Shown in pieces: positions 10,216 through 20,290 of a DNA stretch of 64,000 nucleotides (position 1 is the stretch's first letter; each line of letters opens with the position of its first letter). The notes under the pieces were generated by a model. That model was not told the origin of the DNA, made no database searches, and saw only the letters and a program-made list of their open reading frames with translations. The DNA lies in NCBI GenBank assembly GCA_000091205.1, contig AP006500.2. One strand, given 5' to 3'. The position numbers and the translations under genes were made by a program. The DNA comes from Cyanidioschyzon merolae (taxonomy: Eukaryota).

Positions 10216-12278
10216 GGTCAGCTGCGCGTTGACGTACGCGATAGATAGCGGACGGCGCCGCGCTTTCAGGGCAAAAGACTTGTTTTGACTAGTTCGGCAC
10301 GAATTTGCGTCACTGAGGTGCCTAGGATAGGCGCTATGTGTCGCAGAAGTGTGCAACACCGTGAATTTACTGCGGAGTGCGCACTGCACACTCTGGACGA
10401 AAGCGCTTCCTTGTGACATAACAGAACCGTTGAAATGCGAGACAGGCGGCTGAACTGTGCAAGCACGTGGCAGCGACCAAAGTCCTTTCGTATGAGAAGG
10501 CCAATTACTTGCCGCGATGTGGCAGACGACGACCTCAACGACAACGCTCTGGTGCCACAATGACGGAAGAGAAGCGCATCATGCGCATCGAAGGCTGCTC
10601 TGCGGTCTATGCGGCAGCGCTGTTGTGGTCGCCACGCATTCTCGCGCGCTCCGAGACTATGAATCGAACCCGAGTTTCATGGCGGTGCGCAGCTGCAAAC
10701 GTAACCTCTACATACAGGTATTCTCGTGCAGCTGGTCCAAGAGCGGCATATCCAAAAGTAATAGTGGTTAGATGTGGTAGTTTTGGCGGCTGTTGTTGAA
10801 GCATTTCATGAAGAGACGGAAAAAGCGTTCGACGCTTCGCTTCCCGTTTTCATCTGCTTCGTGGACTGCTTCGAGGCGCTCTTGGACGCAGTAACACTAG
10901 TGTTTCTTTGGGTGTTGCCATATGTGCACGTCACATACCTCGCTCGATCATTGTCCTGTGCCGCTTGAACGCTTGATTCACCGCTCGGTAAGGGCACTTG
11001 ACAGGCACAGCGAGCGCTCCTCGATACCGTCCCGCGTTTATGCACACCGGGGCTGTATCGTACGATTACGGGCTTCTTCCGGGAGATCCCGTCGGCAAAC
11101 ACGCTGTCCGCTGCACACAGGAGCGGACGCTCTTCCATTCGATAAAGTACTTGTGTAACATGATGTTGTCCATGATGAAGGAAGCGCGGGAAATAGAACC
11201 ACGCATCAAGAGCAAGTCGAGAAATTTCGATTTTTCTTTCGCTTTCTTCGGGGGAAACGGTGACTCAGTCTGCACTGGGAGCGACTGCTGTGATGACCCA
11301 CAACCGAGCCCAATACACTTTTCTATGCAAACGGAAGAGACAGGAGCACCCAAAGAGCATGACGTGTGAGAGATATGATGCTGCTGTGGAGTACTGTTTC
11401 GTCGACGACCAGACAGATATGTTGCTTTGCCTCTCGGCCTGAATTGTTTTATCGGTGGGAGAAATTCAATGAACTTTAGGAATGAGCTTGTGAGGAAATC
11501 CTTCAAGCACGAGCTCTATTCTTCGTCGTCGTCAGTCCAGCGGAGCGACTTGCTGCACCCCCAACTTGCCCGGTAACCGAAAGAACGAAAACTTGATGAG
11601 TTTGCGTGATTCGAGCAATGCTTCACCTAAGGAAACGAAACGAATGGATGCTTATACCTATGATTTAGATAATGATATCGGTTATTCATAAAACCCTATT
11701 TCGAGTGTATTGCGATTTAGCTTGATTCTAGTTCTGGTATACATGCCAGCGGCAAAGCGCCAAATGAGCCCTTCCAAAAATGCGACGAAACACATCAAAA
11801 TACATATGACTCGGCAATGCCTTATCGCTGCACATGTATTGTCGAGGCTGTCACTGTAAGAGAAAGCCCCTAACAATCGACACACAGGAACAGAGCGACC
11901 AGTTCAGTGTTCCACGGGAACCAGACGCTAGTGTAGCCGCGTGGCCCCTGTTAGCGTCCACGCGCCTGCAGAGCGCCATGCGCGATGCCACGTTCCCAGT
12001 CGGTGCACGATCCAGGACGGCCTCCTGTTTGTCCTGGTATCCTGCGAGACCTTGTAGCAGCTGCAAGGCTGTGCTTTCAGCTCAGGACAAGGCACGTGAG
12101 CTTCGAAATCCCCTTGAGGTGTGTGTGCTGCGTTTACTTGGTGAAGCTTCTGTTTCTCCAGAAGCATATTGAACGGGTAACTGGTGCAAAGCGGCGCCTT
12201 CATCTGAGCTCGCACTGGAGCGCAGGCTTCGACAGTCTTTTCTCGAAGCACCATACACAACTGAAATGCACTGCGCTC

Positions 12279-15047
12279 ATGAAGCCAATAGATGCGCACA
12301 CCAAATCTCCGAGGGCGCTCACAGACGATGCCACCGAAACAGCAGTGTCACAGAGCCTTCAGGCGAAGCGACCAAGAAGCTCTGGGCAAACGCTTGCACT
12401 GCACTGTACCACGCCGCCAGTGTCGAGTGCAAACGCTCTGAGCGGTGCTGACTTTGGCTTCCCATATCCGCAGCCATACGGGACTCAGCTTGAGCTCATG
12501 CGAGCGGTATATGAGACCATCGACCGTGGTGGAATCGGCGTGTTCGAGTCGCCAACAGGCACAGGCAAAACGCTCTCCCTTCTATGTGCAGCGCTTACCT
12601 GGATACGACAAGACAGGCATCGAATGGACCGTACCAACGACGTGCACGAGGAACCTAGTTCCCAAAGTGAACCAGACTGGTTACGGGACTACGAGATCGC
12701 CAGCAGCTCAGGTTCAAACTCGCCGATGAAGTACAATTCTTTCGTGAACAGCGGAACGCGAAGCGAGCCTACGCGCGTGATGCAGTTCAGCATAGGGCGT
12801 TATTCGCAGGGAACGCGAACCGAAGACCCCGTAATTTATTCACCAGTGCACTCACTCGATACGAACACCAGTGGATCGCTAGGACGAGCCAGTGCTGCCT
12901 CGTCTGGTTTGGTGCTTTTCGGAGATGACGACAGTGCGTTTGCCCCCGACATGCCGCGTCAAGGAATGCACCCCGGCCGGATGCCGCCGCCGTACCGTAT
13001 CCTTTACGCTTCACGTACGCACTCGCAACTTTCGCAGTTTATCAGTGAAGTTCGACGGACCGAGTATGCGAAGCAGGATCCGACATTGACGACAACCGTA
13101 CTCGCATCCCGAAAAATGATGTGCATCCATCCGAAGGTGCGGATGCTGCGCTCAGCAGCAGCCGTGAATGAACGCTGTCACGAGCTGAGGAACAACCAAG
13201 TCAAGACGGCAGCCGCTGAGCAGCAATCACAATGCCCGTTTTATCAGAAGGAGCGTATTCGCAATCTCGCGAATGTCATGCACCAGCAGGTTTGCGACCT
13301 CGAAGATCTGCTGGCGCTAGGGCAGCAACACCAGGCATGCCCGTACTATGCAGCACGAGCGTCGCTTGCGTGTGCGGAGCTCATCGTCATGCCGTATCAG
13401 ACGCTGCTGCACGAGACAACGCGCCAGTCGGCGAATGTGCCCGTAGACCAGCGCACGATTGTGATTTTAGATGAGGCGCATAACTTGGTGGATGCACTGA
13501 ATGAAATGCATACAACGAAGCTTTCCATAGCTGAAGTTACCGCAATGGAAGCCACCGTGAGTGAGTTTATCGAAAAGCAGAAGACATGGAAGCCGGACCC
13601 GGATCGGAGTTTCCATCTCGAGCAGCTGCGACGGCTGCTTGCGGCGCTGCGGCAGGGCATGCAGCCGGAGGACCTGTCTCGGAGGCCGTCTGACCCGACG
13701 CGAACGCGCCCACTGGACAAGGCGAGCGACGAGCACTCACCTGTAGTCCGTAGTGAAATACCAGAGCCTGGAAGAGACCTCCAGGATGACGTCATCTTGT
13801 CCGAGTTTTGCCAGACGCCGAGCGATTTTTGCTTTCAAATGAAAATTGAGCAAATGAATTTTTCCCAGTTAATTCGTTATTTATTCAGCACGAAATGCAT
13901 GCATATGTTACAGAGCCTTCACGAGTCGCGGCGGCGAACGGAGCGCTCGATAGAATCGTCCGCGCACTCAGTGCTGAGCGAGGTGGCGTCGGTTCACTCG
14001 AACGAATCTCCGACTTTGTATGGAACGGGCTTTTATGAACTGGCCTCCTTTTTGGCAGCGCTTTGTGAGCCACGCGCTTGTGGCAAGGTCCTAACGGCTC
14101 CGAATCGCCACATACGATACGTTCTGCTGGATCCGATACCCTACTTTTCCCCGATCTATCGCACAGCTCGGGCAACGATTCTCGCTGGTGGCACGCTCGA
14201 GCCACGCGAAGCGCTTTTGCCAAGACTCTTCGACGAGGAAACCTGCAAGCAAGTATACTTTAGCGCGTTTCAGCATGTTGTACCACAGGAGAATGTGCTC
14301 GCCCTGATCCTAGGCAAAGGACCTACCGGACTGCCGCTGGAGTTTTCCTTCTCCCAGCGGCAATGCATGGCGCAGATAGATGAGCTTGGTCATTGTATTG
14401 TGAACCTCTGCGCTCTCGTTCCCAAAGGACTCGTAGTTTTCTTTCCGTCCTATGCTCTGGAGCGTCTGGTATGGACGCGCTTCGCTGAAACGAATATAAG
14501 CGAGCGGATCGCCCGACGCAAGGAGGTCTTCCGCGAACAACGCGGCTGTGACGTGGACAAGCTCTTCAACGACTATCGTAGCGCAGTTACCGCGCTACCC
14601 GCCGCCACTGAGCGAGCGGAACTTGCGTCTCCCCAAGAACGAGACGGCGCCCTGCTCAGTGCAGTCATTGGTGGCAAGTTATCCGAAGGCATCAACTTTG
14701 CCGACGATCTCGGGCGTTGCGTGGTAGTCGTCGGCTTGCCGTTCCCAAACGCACGCCAAACCGAGACGCGCCTCGTCCTGCACTTTCTCCAGGAACGCTA
14801 CCCGAGTTCCGACCTAAGCCGCGAGTACCTCGAAAACGCCTGCATGATCGCCGTCAACCAGTCCGTAGGTCGAGCTATTCGACACGCCCGTGACTATGCT
14901 GCTGTTGTCTTCGTTGACCAGCGGTATGCAGCGCAGGAGCGACTGCGGTTCAAGTTACCGCGTTGGTTGCGCGGTCGCGTTCTCGAGCCGCGAACTTTCG
15001 GCGACGCAATACAGCAGCTGGCGTCGTTCTTCCGCAACAAGTGCTAG
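12279..15047 (+). CDS. CHL1: DDX11/CHL1-family (XPD-like) DEAH-box Fe-S DNA helicase
   Basis: Walker A FESPTGTGKTLSL, DEAH box ILDEAHNLVDAL, four-Cys Fe-S cluster region (C..CHEL...CPFY...CPYY), C-terminal helicase motifs (GKLSEGINF, VVVVGLPFPN, VNQSVGRAIRH). The ORF track frame opens at 11985. ATG at 12279 (MKPIDAH..) is the first ATG shortly before the conserved GADFGFPYPQPY segment. TAG stop at 15045-15047. Confidence 0.85.
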   Translation: MKPIDAHTKSPRALTDDATETAVSQSLQAKRPRSSGQTLALHCTTPPVSSANALSGADFGFPYPQPYGTQLELMRAVYETIDRGGIGVFESPTGTGKTLSLLCAALTWIRQDRHRMDRTNDVHEEPSSQSEPDWLRDYEIASSSGSNSPMKYNSFVNSGTRSEPTRVMQFSIGRYSQGTRTEDPVIYSPVHSLDTNTSGSLGRASAASSGLVLFGDDDSAFAPDMPRQGMHPGRMPPPYRILYASRTHSQLSQFISEVRRTEYAKQDPTLTTTVLASRKMMCIHPKVRMLRSAAAVNERCHELRNNQVKTAAAEQQSQCPFYQKERIRNLANVMHQQVCDLEDLLALGQQHQACPYYAARASLACAELIVMPYQTLLHETTRQSANVPVDQRTIVILDEAHNLVDALNEMHTTKLSIAEVTAMEATVSEFIEKQKTWKPDPDRSFHLEQLRRLLAALRQGMQPEDLSRRPSDPTRTRPLDKASDEHSPVVRSEIPEPGRDLQDDVILSEFCQTPSDFCFQMKIEQMNFSQLIRYLFSTKCMHMLQSLHESRRRTERSIESSAHSVLSEVASVHSNESPTLYGTGFYELASFLAALCEPRACGKVLTAPNRHIRYVLLDPIPYFSPIYRTARATILAGGTLEPREALLPRLFDEETCKQVYFSAFQHVVPQENVLALILGKGPTGLPLEFSFSQRQCMAQIDELGHCIVNLCALVPKGLVVFFPSYALERLVWTRFAETNISERIARRKEVFREQRGCDVDKLFNDYRSAVTALPAATERAELASPQERDGALLSAVIGGKLSEGINFADDLGRCVVVVGLPFPNARQTETRLVLHFLQERYPSSDLSREYLENACMIAVNQSVGRAIRHARDYAAVVFVDQRYAAQERLRFKLPRWLRGRVLEPRTFGDAIQQLASFFRNKC

Positions 15048-15079
15048 TGCGCTGGTTTGCTCGTTCACTCGCTCACCTC

Positions 15080-15712
15080 ATGTCGGTCGGTCGTAAAGTC
15101 TTTCTTTGGTTGAGGAAGTATCTCATGTTCTTTATCGCTGGGTTTGAGGCGGTGAATGTCGCGCTCATGTTGGTAACACCTGCGGGCGGACCAAGTTTTG
15201 CGGCAACTGCGGGCTTGTCCACGCTCCACAACCCGTTTCCGTTTCTGCGGAACCTCGTCGCACCTCTCCCGTACATGCGGAAACACTTTTGGCCTTGCTT
15301 GGTTGCTTCAGCGAAAACGAGGACTTTCTGGTTCTACTATTTAGAGTACGTGGTATTGTTGTTAGCGTTACCGTACTTTGTGGCGTTCATCTTCAACCTG
15401 AATGCACCCGAGTATACCCCGCTCACCGTCTCTCTATCTCGCATTGGGTTGCTTTGGGTATTTGGAGACTTTGACGTTGTAGGGAAGTTTATGACGCACC
15501 TCAGTAGAGATATACTTTACCTGAACAGTGCTGTTGTGGTCGTCGTCGAGGTCCTCTACGTCTTGTTCTTCTGCGAGTCGTGCCACCTGCCGATGGCGCC
15601 CTGTCGAGCGTCTTCCAAGGCGCGTGCAGGGAGCGGCACGGAATCCCCCAGAGAGCCAGAGACATCGAGTGCGAATGTGTCGCTGGCGGCAGGTCATGCC
15701 AAGGCTGCATGA
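15080..15712 (+). CDS. hypothetical multi-pass membrane protein
   Basis: Several hydrophobic helices (MFFIAGFEAVNVALMLVTPAGG, YLEYVVLLLALPYFVAFIF, SAVVVVVEVLYVLFF). No conserved motif. It overlaps the antisense ORF 15501-16136, so it is uncertain. Confidence 0.25.
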   Translation: MSVGRKVFLWLRKYLMFFIAGFEAVNVALMLVTPAGGPSFAATAGLSTLHNPFPFLRNLVAPLPYMRKHFWPCLVASAKTRTFWFYYLEYVVLLLALPYFVAFIFNLNAPEYTPLTVSLSRIGLLWVFGDFDVVGKFMTHLSRDILYLNSAVVVVVEVLYVLFFCESCHLPMAPCRASSKARAGSGTESPREPETSSANVSLAAGHAKAA

Positions 15713-17378
15713 GCAGGCATCTGTGCTCGTGGTGGTACTGCGTACCGCTTGCGTTATGCGAGAAGGAGCGATCAAAACGAACCGCGCGGTGTCGTATCAA
15801 GGACCTACTCGCAAGGGCGGTTGCATTCGGGTCGCTTAGAGTCAATGCATCGGGGAAACTGGGCAAGGGTCCAGGGGCAGGGTGCAATGTACTGCTGCTC
15901 GGTGGAATCGCGCATGCGTAGCCTACTTTAGAGGTAGTAGTAGTAGTAGTAGCAGCAGCCTTGACGAAGCCCCAACTGACGCTCCAGCATGCAGTGACGT
16001 GGATACTGGGCGACGTAACGGAAGGCTTATGCGCATGTGCTGGTGACCGACGAGACGAGGGCAGTCCGGAGGAGTCCAAGGCGTACGCACGCTTACCTGC
16101 AACGTGTAACGCGCACGCTACTCGACAGGGATCCACGTGGTGCCGCGTACGCTACCGGAAGCGTTGCGGTGAACATCGACACACCAGCTATCGATTGAGG
16201 GCATCGGTGTTTCCCGGTCAGGTTCTCGAGGGTATGTGTGTGATCCTCGTATGTCGCCACAAGTTACATGGCATCGTGGTGGCATTGCGGCACACGATGT
16301 CCTTATGCCGTTTGTTTCCTTGCAATGCCATCGTGGAAACACGCATCTTGCTGTGTCTCTGTTCACGACAAGGGAAAGGAGAATAACGCGCATCCTGCAC
16401 GACTGAGCGTGCCTCTGGTAACATCCGATAGTGGCGAAGCAGGTATGACAAGGATTGGAACCTATCTGCAAACCTGCTGGCAAACATAGCGCGTTGTCAG
16501 CCTGGTGTAGCGTCGCTGGTGAAGAGCGTCTGTGCGCTCGCGTCTCGCGATACCGCTGGTACCCGGAATCTGATGGACGTTTCCACATCGACTCTGGACG
16601 TGCGCTCTCCCGGACTTTGAAAGTCGCGTTGTATGTCGTGCATTAGCAAGGCATCGGGGTCGTTTCTTGCGCAACCGGATCCGGTGCACTTGTCTCGGTG
16701 ACAGGCATTTCATGGAGGCTGGCTGAGCACGTCGGAGGCACCACGTCGCTTCCCGCTGAACAAGATTGGTCGGGCGTTTCAGCGTAACTAGGGCGTTTCG
16801 TGTCGGTTCGGTTCGTTGACGTGTAGTGTCTGCTCGATGCGCACGTAGCACAGGAGAGGTATCCGGAAGCTAGATGACGAGTGCCGGCCTTGTCCGTGCA
16901 ACCGGCTGCCGTGCCGGGCCACAGATATTGCACGCCGCACATTTCATGGAATGTATCTTCGATCGTTTGGGTCATGCTGGAAGCGATCACAGATGCAGAT
17001 GAATCAGGTAGCCACGTCGAAGAAATAGCTCTTGAAATGTAAAGGCATTGTCTGGGCAGAAGAGTGCCGAATCACGGAACTAGTGATGCTCTATCGCATC
17101 CGAACAATTCAGTTCATCCACCCTGCTTCCGTTGCTTCGTTCGGCAGCTACGCGGTGCTGATCCTGCTGAACCCGATATCGGAGACGATGCGCTCTAACG
17201 ACCTGCATCGCGGTTACCGGCGAGGTTGCAGTCAAGGGCGTCTTCGTGGCGCATGTGCCGGGCGACATTGTCGTCATGGTCGACGTCGTCCCAAGGTTCA
17301 CGGACGACCAGAGCATCCTCATGGGCTCTACAAAATCCAGCAGGGCTTCGGAAGAAGCTGCTCAGCTCCATGTGCCAT

Positions 17379-18407
17379 TCACTGGGGCCTGACAGTCGCT
17401 CGTGGCGACTCAACAGCGCATCGGTTCACTGTGGCGGGGCCACCGTCGCTTCGCAGCGCGACCTGCACTTGCCGGTAGGCTTCCCAGAGGGCAATGGCGG
17501 CGCTGGTCGATAGATTGTACGATCTGATACCGGCATCACCGGGACACACCATTGGAATCGCAATCGTCCGCTCCCGAGGAATATCCTCGGGCGGAATGCG
17601 TTCGAAACCATCTAGCTCGTTCCCAAATATTAGCGTGATCTTCGTTGCAAGAACCTCACTTCCTTTCTTTGATGAGACAAGGTCCGCGTCCAGCAACGAG
17701 CTCTGTGCGAACTTGGTGAAGTAAAAAACGTTACCCAACTGGGGCAAACCCTCGTCGCGAAAGGCCTGCCAACTCGACCATACACGCAGATCAACGAAAG
17801 GCCAATAGTCAAGGCCAGCCCGTTTCAGGTGGCGATCACTCAGAGAAAAACCCAGCGGTTCAATGATATGAAGCCGTGCTTGAAAACCTACTGTAGTTCT
17901 GGCGGTATTCCCGGTATTCCAGTGAATAGAGGGTGCGTAGAAAACAACGTTCAGTAGGGGCTCGCCTGTGCCCGTGTGACGCAGTGGCGCGCTCACAACG
18001 CCTGGGCCATAGCTCGCGCGTACGCACTTGCTTCTCGAGATGCACTGTCGAGATGCTCTACTGACGCCTGCGAAACAGGGCAGTTCTGGTGACCACTCGG
18101 TAACAAAAACGAACTCGAGTGCGCGCATAAGCGCCTGGCGTCGGTACCAGGTTCCTGTGTCCATACAGAGCGCGCAATATGAGGAATACTGGGGTGTTCG
18201 CCCTGCGGCGAGTGCATTTCTTTGTGGTTCTTTGAGAGCACGTTTCCTCGAACAGGGAATCGTCATCATTGCTGACTTGATACCAGCAATGGGAGAGCGT
18301 GCATGTATCCACGCCTTTCCTCCAACTTCTGAGACCCATATTCCCCGTCGCAGGTAGTGGTCATTTCGTGCGTTCCGCAGTGCGCCGAGTCTGCCATGAG
18401 CGTCCAC
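17379..18407 (-). CDS. SPOUT-class RNA 2'-O-methyltransferase of the bacterial TrmL (YibK) type, with a ~130 aa N-terminal extension
   Basis: TrmL-like block LNVVFYAPSIHWNTGNTARTT...RLHIIEPLGFSLSDRHLKRAGLDYWPFVDLRVW, then the C-terminal SPOUT knot motifs LIFGNELDGF and IAIPMV..IRSYNLSTSAAIALWE. The true start is probably an internal ATG (e.g. MDTGTW.. near 18164). The extension may be an organellar targeting peptide. Confidence 0.8.
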   Translation of the reverse strand: MDAHGRLGALRNARNDHYLRRGIWVSEVGGKAWIHARSPIAGIKSAMMTIPCSRKRALKEPQRNALAAGRTPQYSSYCALCMDTGTWYRRQALMRALEFVFVTEWSPELPCFAGVSRASRQCISRSKCVRASYGPGVVSAPLRHTGTGEPLLNVVFYAPSIHWNTGNTARTTVGFQARLHIIEPLGFSLSDRHLKRAGLDYWPFVDLRVWSSWQAFRDEGLPQLGNVFYFTKFAQSSLLDADLVSSKKGSEVLATKITLIFGNELDGFERIPPEDIPRERTIAIPMVCPGDAGIRSYNLSTSAAIALWEAYRQVQVALRSDGGPATVNRCAVESPRATVRPQ

Positions 18408-20290
18408 AATCGTGCCTATAGCTTCGATACGAGCGCAACAACGAGAAAAAGGCTATTCCCTACCACTGGCGGTGTTTGCGCTGCTGCCCACGCATCGTTT
18501 GCGTGACGGCAACTTACACACTAGCCTTCCGTACCGCCATGCTTGTCTTGTGCATGCGTCCTGCTTGCTCGACTATCGTCCGAGTCTTATATGCGGAAGC
18601 AAAGGCATGCGGTGCTGCGGACATAAGCGATATGGCGCAGTCGAGGTAGCTGAGCGTTGCTCGTCTGCTGGACTGCCTCCAGAGACTTGGACTTATGCCG
18701 CAATCTGGTGTACCTGCAGCTCGTCAACGGCTGCAGCGAAGTTTGCTCGTTTTCGGATCCGAAACGGATCCCATGCTGGTCACGATGCCACCTGAGCACA
18801 CTGCGACGTTCCGGACGCAATGTCTAGAATCCAGCACTCGCTCTGTTGTCGACCGAGACGCCAGGAGCCAAACTCGTGCTAGGGTGAGTCCACACAGGAC
18901 GCCTGTGAGGCCGCTCCACTTGACTCGGCGGTGAGTGTAGAGGTTCGTATGCGGAGCGCATGTCGAGCGCCACTCGGAAGGTTTGCGAAGGTTTGGTTTG
19001 CATTGGTGACCAGCAAAGCCTCTGAAGCCTTTATGGGCGATTGCCTATCGATTCGTTGCCACCGCATTGGGCACCGACGCGCTGGCGAGTGCTCCTCGTC
19101 GACATTGATGCCTGCTGCATGTGCTGCCACCACCCGGGCAGTGCTGGTTGTCGTCGCTGCTTCTTTACCAAGTACAAAATGATCGAGGATTTTATGCAAA
19201 GCTCCGAATACGCTCTGAGAGATGCCGATGTTGATGATCACCGATTTGATTTCCGATTACACCTACGTGAAGGTCAGTGGTGGTCAGCACCCGCGCTGCT
19301 GCCAAGGTGTATTCGGTGCTCGCACACAAGCGCATGCAAGTATCATGCACACCCAGTACCGCCGATACCTGCATGTACCCGCTTCGCGGTTTGTCTTTCG
19401 CCGGAGTCGCTCGTCATGAAACGTGGCTTGTCTCAAGCGTGCGCTTTACAAAACGATGATCCCGAAATCGTTATATCCATATGCTGTGAACCGAAACGAC
19501 CATGGAAACAGCGACGGCTCATCCCGGTCACACCAGCACACTGGGAGACGCTCGACATGCTGAGCACCGCCGGCTGCGATGCCTCTGGAGCGCAACCACC
19601 CGCACGTTCGCCTCATCGCGTTTTTCTGCGCCATATAAAGTCTATGCATTGACCCAGAATTACCCGAGCGCACACCATATCTTTCAGCGGCAAAAGAAGC
19701 GACCACTACTCCTCTTCAATGAATTTTGTTAGCATACGAGCCTCAGGCGATTTTCCTGGTACACAACCCGCTCGCAGGCAACAGAGCGAGCCGTTCTCTA
19801 GTCAAGGACTGGCGGCACGAACATGCCCGCGCTCAAGCAGCCGTCCCCGATGTGCCAGCTGTTCGCGCGAACGTGCGAGCATGCCATGGACAAGGCGGTT
19901 TTTAGCGCTGCCGCTGCCGCTGCTGCTACCGGGGCTGTGCTCTAAGGACAGCTGGTTTCGATAGTCGCCGTGGGAGAGATTCGGTTCACTGGCGCCCTGT
20001 TGCGGGAGCGCGTCTGCACAGTGTTGTTTCGCTGAGCGCCTTGGTGACGAAAAACGCAGGTGTCGCTCACTGGCGTCAACCGGTGCCCGTACTCGCTGTA
20101 GTGCCCCGTGTACCGCCAACGGAGACTTGCTGAGGCCTTTGGGTGAAACCCGTACGTGATCTCGCTTCGATTTACGGTGCAGGTATTCGTTTGTGCAGGA
20201 GGACGGGGAACGCATCGGGATCGAGGAACCTCTTTCTCATTGGACTGCAGCCAAGCAGTCTGGAAGAGGTTCACCTTCTCGTCTTCCCCC

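Noticed and set aside
10640-10730. tRNA-like T-loop match (GGGTTCGATTC on the minus strand at 10661-10671)
   Set aside because: Reverse-complementing the surrounding 90 nt gives no acceptor, D or anticodon stems, so no cloverleaf forms. The match sits in coding-like sequence next to the phosphatase gene start.
15501-16136. 211-aa minus-strand ORF
   Set aside because: It has low-complexity polyThr content and overlaps the candidate membrane-protein ORF. It starts with an alternative codon. Not supportable either way, so it is left unannotated.
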